Below, in pieces: positions 1-2,782 of a DNA stretch of 2,782 nt. Where the stretch lies: NCBI GenBank assembly GCA_000004985.1, contig GG739244.1. One strand, written 5' to 3'. A program made the position numbers and the translations under genes. The stretch is from Naegleria gruberi. Lineage: Eukaryota. The notes under the pieces are model-generated. The model was not told the DNA's origin and did no database searches. It worked only from the letters and a program-made list of their open reading frames with translations. Position 1 is the first letter of the stretch. Each line of letters opens with the position of its first letter.

Positions 1-237
1 ATCAAAATTTATAGAGCTGTCAAAAAGGTTAATTTTGTTGATGAGATGGGTTGTGTATATCAGGCAGATCTGAAAGTGGATGTTTCGTCCATGAGTATTG
101 GAGATATATTTAGAGTGAGATTGTCTTTGAGTGCTGCTAATGCTTTGAGAGTGGATGTTATACCAACAGATGCAACAAAGCAAGTAACAACCACTGTCAC
201 CTTTATGACTCACATGGCTGTCAATCATTTCGAATAA
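1..237 (+). CDS. 3' end of a protein-coding gene of unknown function (C-terminal 78 aa, TAA stop at 235-237). The frame is open to the left window edge, so the gene is 5'-partial. Translation: IKIYRAVKKVNFVDEMGCVYQADLKVDVSSMSIGDIFRVRLSLSAANALRVDVIPTDATKQVTTTVTFMTHMAVNHFE*
   Basis: Frame 1 is open from base 1 to the stop at 235-237. The track ORF 46..237 is just the first internal Met. Codon usage (aga, ttg, gct, caa, cca) matches the other two genes. No - strand ORF covers this region. I do not recognise a domain. Confidence 0.5.
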   Translation: MKIYRAVKKVNFVDEMGCVYQADLKVDVSSMSIGDIFRVRLSLSAANALRVDVIPTDATKQVTTTVTFMTHMAVNHFE

Positions 238-239
238 CC

Positions 240-245
240 TTTATT
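240..245 (-). promoter_or_regulatory. AATAAA hexamer overlapping the stop codon of the 291-aa gene (TAATAAAGG on the - strand). Candidate 3' end signal.
   Basis: Plus-strand TTTATT at 240-245. It sits exactly between the two convergent stop codons. Confidence 0.25.
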
Positions 246-1119
246 AGAAATATTTAGAATAAATGCTATCGACTATTACTCTATTGGCAGCCATTATTCC
301 TGGGCAGATACACTCCATTCCTGCTTTAGACGAACCCCACTCCATTCTAATCTTTGGAATTCGTGACTGTTCACATAAATCACTAATTCTTTGACAATTC
401 TTCAAAATTTCAAAGAATTTGTCTTTGTAAACTTTGTTTTCTATTAATAATTTGTAGCAGTTTGGTAAACGTTTCATAATTGAGGAGTTAAACTTATCCC
501 ATGCCATGCTAATTTGCTGTCTTTCATCAACAGGTTCTAATTTGTAAACAGATTTTGATAGGAGAGAAATGAATAGTTCAGATTCGGAATCATTCTCATT
601 TGGAATAATCTCAAGCATGTAATTAAAAATCATATCTTGATTTCTGGCAGATAAGTTAGTAATCTCATTAAGGATTAGTTCAGTTTTTGAATCAGTAACT
701 TCCATTGATTCTCTATTTCTGAAAGAGGCCAGTTCCAATTCTAACTTTCGAATAAGTTCATCACTCTTGTTCTGCTTCTCTTCAAGCTCTCTGATTCTTC
801 CCAACAGATCAACTTTTTCTTGTCTCAAAGTTTCGTTTTCAGAAAGAAGTTTCTCTTCAGCAATGGAATTCCTTCTCTTTTCCCTGTCTACAGTTTCTAC
901 GAATAAGTCTGATGTGCTAGCTTTAGTTTGCAATGTTTTTCTGTTATTTTGACTGATTGTATTCTCACAATTACTTGCTCCACTCACCATCTTATTAACT
1001 CTTGAGGAATTATTCGACATTTTGCAGTTTGTATCACCAAATCTATTCAGGCTACTGTTACTATTCTTTGAAGTGGTAGTGGATGTGGTTGTTAAAGATC
1101 TGCTATTGCTTATTGGCAT
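244..1119 (-). CDS. 291-aa protein. It has a Ser/Thr/Asn-rich low-complexity N-terminus (aa 7-70), a central leucine-heptad coiled coil (aa ~78-136) and a C-terminal ~150-aa region of unknown function containing Cys residues. Function unknown.
   Basis: Complete ORF with ATG at 1117-1119 and TAA at 244-246. There is an A-rich context before the ATG (caaaaaaATG on the - strand). The coiled coil shows as REKRRNSIAEEKLLSENETLRQEKVDLLGRIRELEEKQNKSDELIRKLELELASFRNRE with Leu at a 7-residue spacing (L91, L98, L105, L112). Codon usage is consistent with the neighbouring genes. Confidence 0.75.
   Translation of the reverse strand: MPISNSRSLTTTSTTTSKNSNSSLNRFGDTNCKMSNNSSRVNKMVSGASNCENTISQNNRKTLQTKASTSDLFVETVDREKRRNSIAEEKLLSENETLRQEKVDLLGRIRELEEKQNKSDELIRKLELELASFRNRESMEVTDSKTELILNEITNLSARNQDMIFNYMLEIIPNENDSESELFISLLSKSVYKLEPVDERQQISMAWDKFNSSIMKRLPNCYKLLIENKVYKDKFFEILKNCQRISDLCEQSRIPKIRMEWGSSKAGMECICPGIMAANRVIVDSIYSKYF
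258..263 (+). promoter_or_regulatory. AATAAA hexamer 21 nt downstream of the + gene stop codon. Candidate polyadenylation-type 3' end signal.
   Basis: Read directly from the sequence: TAAcctttattagaaatatttagAATAAAtg. Chance occurrence in AT-rich DNA is plausible. Confidence 0.25.
712..888 (-). other. Predicted coiled coil (~59 aa) with a four-heptad leucine repeat in the 291-aa protein.
   Basis: The charged/hydrophobic heptad periodicity is visible in the translation. Leu occurs at residues 91, 98, 105 and 112, followed by LIRKLELELASF. Confidence 0.6.
910..1101 (-). other. Ser/Thr/Asn-rich low-complexity N-terminal region of the 291-aa protein (SRSLTTTSTTTSKNSNSSLNRF...NNSSRVN...).
   Basis: Compositional bias is visible in the translation. 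This is typical of eukaryotic disordered regions and a possible O-glycosylation or phosphorylation substrate. Confidence 0.6.
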
Positions 1120-1153
1120 TTTTTTGTATGGAGAAACAACTTGTAGTTGATTT

Positions 1154-1159
1154 TTTATT
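1154..1159 (-). promoter_or_regulatory. AATAAA hexamer 20 nt downstream of the stop of the HSPA12-vWA gene, inside the 60-bp spacer that precedes the 291-aa gene. Candidate 3' end signal and/or part of the downstream gene's promoter or leader.
   Basis: The - strand spacer reads TAAtttcgtctactttcttttgtAATAAAaaatcaactacaagttgtttctccatacaaaaaaATG. Confidence 0.25.
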
Positions 1160-1179
1160 ACAAAAGAAAGTAGACGAAA

Positions 1180-2782
1180 TTAGTTTGCAACTGGGTGATT
1201 AGCAATTTCTTGATAGATTCCAGCTAAACTAGCAGAATCGTTTGCTCTCTTGAATTGACCTCTTCCTGTAGCTGCCATTTGTCTGAGACCAGTATTATCT
1301 GATGATCCACCAAGTTGAATTGTATGAAGAATAATATCATGAGATGAAACTAGTTGACCAGTAATACTAACGGCCTCATCTGCTGAATCTTCACCATCAG
1401 ACATGAATAAGACAACAATTTTGTATGATTGATGGTTTGGATAAGTAGACGAAATTAAAGACGAAACTGATTGCATGGCATTGGTAAAGCTTGTTCCACC
1501 ACCAGCAACGTAGGATGACATGGTGCTGACTAAACTTGTGGAAAGAGGATTTGTAGTGAAGCAATTATATGCAGAATGATCATACATGATACAAGAAACA
1601 AGATCACTTGATCCATCTCTAACCTCTAAGAACTTTTCACAAGATTCGAATAATGCTCCAAGTCTGTCATTACTGTACTTTGAGGAAGTTGGTCTTGCAT
1701 CTGATCCTCCCATTGATCCTGACTTGTCATTGACAAAGATAAAGTGAAAAACTTCTGAAGAAATTTGTGGACCAGGTGGAGGTGCATTATTAATCAAATG
1801 TCTTTCAAAGTCAACTGATGCCTTAAAACTCTTTTTAGAAGTCAAGTCAATGGCATGTATTTCAATAGCACTTTTACCAAAGAACATTTCAACTTGAACA
1901 ATTCTGTCCATGCCTCTTGTTCCCTTCATGTCAATAAGAATCTCACCACATTTCTTTACGAAACTTTCAGTGACAAATCTTGTGTTTGGAATTGGTGACA
2001 GGTACAATTCCAAAATCATTGATTCTTGACTCTCACTGGTTACACCATATTCTCTCACAACAACCTGATCATATCTAACTTCATCATTCACATCAACATA
2101 AATGTCAAAGCAATCTTTACAATATGGCTCATTTCTTCCTTTGAGTTTAATCTTTTTCTTTTCATCATGAACATTGGGAATGAATTTCTTGTAAGAGGTC
2201 ACTCCATAACTTCTTCTCATTCTTCTGGTAACGATTAAGGATGGATCTCTTCCAAGCATGACAGCTCCCTTTACAATAGCTCCACCAGGGCTTGGAGGAA
2301 CCACAACTTTACAAATTGGACTTTGGAACTTTTGAGTTAGTCTACTTTGTAGTACCTTTGATTCACCAAAACCACCCACTACAAATATATAGTTGAACTC
2401 CCTACTGGAATCGTTAAAATTATCTCTCATTTGAATTAGTTCTTTTTGGACATGACTTTCAATTTCAGTGAGAACGCCTTCGAATATTTTATCTAGACAA
2501 TTGGTGGTAAGAATGATTCTTCCAAGTCTGAAATGAGTCTTGACTAGTTGATTGGTCAAATCTGCATGAGTGGTAAAGAATTCTTTAAGAAGGCCATCAA
2601 TTTGAATAAACTGTTGAGTAGAGATGTTTTCAATGCTAACTTTCTTCTTCTCCCACAAACTCATCAATTCTTCAAATTGAGCTGGTTTGCTAATTTTCAA
2701 TTCGTGCATAAAATCTTGACCAAATATATCTGACATTACTTGAATAAACTTGGCATCTAAATAGGAAGAACCACATGCACCA
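1180..2782 (-). CDS. Atypical Hsp70/actin-fold ATPase of the HSPA12 type, fused to a C-terminal von Willebrand factor A (vWA) domain with an intact MIDAS motif. The gene is 5'-partial. The N-terminal part of the ATPase domain lies beyond the right window edge. Stop codon TAA at 1180-1182.
   Basis: The track ORF 1180..2736 starts at an internal Met. The same frame stays open through 2737-2781 (GACGSSYLDAKFIQV upstream of that Met) with matching codon usage. Only ~116 aa precede the adenosine motif, too few for a whole ATPase domain. The adenosine motif is IFVVGGFGESKVLQ (cf. Hsp70 VLVGGSTRIPKVQ and HSPA12 GGFAES). The connect-2 segment is PGGAIVKGAVMLG (cf. Hsp70 DEAVAYGAAVQA). HSPA12-like distal blocks are RRMRRSYGV, VKKCGEILIDMKGTRG and AIEIHAIDLTSKKSFKASVDF, recalled from memory of the family. 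A linker NNAPPPGPQ follows. The vWA domain has beta1 FHFIFVNDKSGSMGG (DxSxS), GGGTSFTNAM (MIDAS Thr) and IVVLFMSDGEDS (MIDAS Asp). Confidence 0.85.
   Translation of the reverse strand, partial: GACGSSYLDAKFIQVMSDIFGQDFMHELKISKPAQFEELMSLWEKKKVSIENISTQQFIQIDGLLKEFFTTHADLTNQLVKTHFRLGRIILTTNCLDKIFEGVLTEIESHVQKELIQMRDNFNDSSREFNYIFVVGGFGESKVLQSRLTQKFQSPICKVVVPPSPGGAIVKGAVMLGRDPSLIVTRRMRRSYGVTSYKKFIPNVHDEKKKIKLKGRNEPYCKDCFDIYVDVNDEVRYDQVVVREYGVTSESQESMILELYLSPIPNTRFVTESFVKKCGEILIDMKGTRGMDRIVQVEMFFGKSAIEIHAIDLTSKKSFKASVDFERHLINNAPPPGPQISSEVFHFIFVNDKSGSMGGSDARPTSSKYSNDRLGALFESCEKFLEVRDGSSDLVSCIMYDHSAYNCFTTNPLSTSLVSTMSSYVAGGGTSFTNAMQSVSSLISSTYPNHQSYKIVVLFMSDGEDSADEAVSITGQLVSSHDIILHTIQLGGSSDNTGLRQMAATGRGQFKRANDSASLAGIYQEIANHPVAN
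1207..1749 (-). other. von Willebrand factor A (vWA) domain with a complete metal-ion-dependent adhesion site (MIDAS: D337-x-S339-x-S341 ... T415 ... D447).
   Basis: DKSGS is encoded at nt 1714-1728 (checked codon by codon: gac aag tca gga tca). GGGTSF and MSDGED lie at the positions expected for the MIDAS Thr and Asp. The hydrophobic beta-strand patterns FHFIFV, IVVLFM and IILHTI alternate as in a Rossmann-like vWA fold. Confidence 0.85.
1801..2782 (-). other. HSPA12-like Hsp70/actin-superfamily ATPase region. This is the C-terminal part of the nucleotide-binding fold plus the family-specific distal segment (aa up to ~312 of the visible ORF).
   Basis: The adenosine motif VVGGFGES is encoded at nt 2359-2388. 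Connect-2 follows about 30 aa later. The blocks RRMRRSYGV, VKKCG..GTRG and AIDLTSKKS resemble vertebrate HSPA12A/B as I remember them. Confidence 0.7.

Noticed and set aside
781-888. Possible bZIP transcription-factor domain (basic stretch REKRRNS directly before a 4-heptad leucine zipper)
   Set aside because: The basic region lacks the bZIP signature N-x2-AA-x2-(C/S)R. The Asn-to-first-zipper-Leu spacing is about 7 residues, whereas bZIP proteins have about 18. It is better described as a generic coiled coil.
767-952. 61-aa + strand ORF (MFCFSSSSLILPNRS...)
   Set aside because: It lies entirely antisense within the 291-aa gene. Its low-complexity S/F/L-rich translation is typical of the reverse strand of a coiled-coil coding region. 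It has no independent start context.
1137-1160. Small inverted repeat CAACTtgtAGTTG followed by TTTTTTATT on the + strand, resembling a rho-independent terminator
   Set aside because: The stem is only 5 bp and AT-rich. The T-run follows it on the + strand, but both flanking genes are on the - strand. On the - strand the hairpin is followed by gtttctcc, not a U-tract. It is more likely a chance feature of an AT-rich spacer.
1120-1179. Bacterial-style ribosome-binding site or operon junction between the two - strand genes
   Set aside because: No GGAGG/AGGA-like purine-rich element lies 5-12 nt upstream of the ATG at 1119. The sequence there is ccatacaaaaaaATG.
1180-1182. Reassigned stop codon (ciliate-type TAA=Gln) that would merge the two - strand ORFs
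   Set aside because: About 900 sense codons in three genes contain no in-frame TAA or TAG. In TAA/TAG=Gln organisms these codons occur many times per gene. The Gln here is CAA/CAG only.
2026-2238. 70-aa + strand ORF (MTLTGYTIFSHNN...)
   Set aside because: It is antisense to the well-supported HSPA12-vWA CDS. The composition is Ile/Asn/Phe-rich, as expected for the reverse complement of AT-rich coding DNA. It is a spurious ORF.
2548-2733. 61-aa + strand ORF (MIGQICMSGKEFF...)
   Set aside because: It is antisense to the ATPase-domain coding region and has no supporting signals. It is spurious.
2755-2781. GACGSSYLD at the window edge as the Hsp70 phosphate-2 motif (DxGGGTxD)
   Set aside because: The match is poor: GSS instead of GGGT, and the register is off by one. 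The distance to the adenosine motif is about 130 aa, shorter than I would expect for HSPA12 proteins. I cannot decide without the upstream sequence.

Overview
This 2.78 kb window is AT-rich (roughly 35% GC) and almost entirely coding. It carries three tightly packed protein-coding genes. I see no rRNA, tRNA, CRISPR, IS or transposon signatures and no nucleotide-level tandem repeats.

(1) Positions 1-237 on the + strand hold the 3' end of a gene of unknown function. Its frame is open to the left window edge.

(2) Positions 244-1119 on the - strand encode a 291-aa protein. It has a Ser/Thr/Asn-rich N-terminus, a leucine-heptad coiled coil and an unrecognised Cys-containing C-terminal region.

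(3) Positions 1180-2782 on the - strand are the most informative gene. The frame is open to the right window edge, so the N-terminus lies outside the window. The protein is the C-terminal two-thirds of an atypical Hsp70/actin-fold ATPase of the HSPA12 type. It shows the adenosine motif VVGGFGES, a connect-2 segment and HSPA12-like distal blocks. This ATPase is fused through a Pro-rich linker to a C-terminal von Willebrand factor A domain with a complete MIDAS motif (DxSxS ... T ... D).

Gene spacing is extreme. The convergent stop codons are 6 bp apart. The tandem genes are 60 bp apart, in the same reading frame, and separated by a single TAA. Each stop codon is followed within 0-21 nt by AATAAA on the coding strand.

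Codon usage is eukaryote-like and AT-rich: Arg is almost exclusively AGA, Gln is CAA, Pro is CCA and Gly is GGT/GGA. No Shine-Dalgarno sequence precedes the one start codon visible in the window. There is no in-frame TAA/TAG in about 900 codons, so a standard genetic code is likely. The best guess for the source is a compact AT-rich eukaryote or a large eukaryotic DNA virus. The source cannot be determined from the sequence alone.
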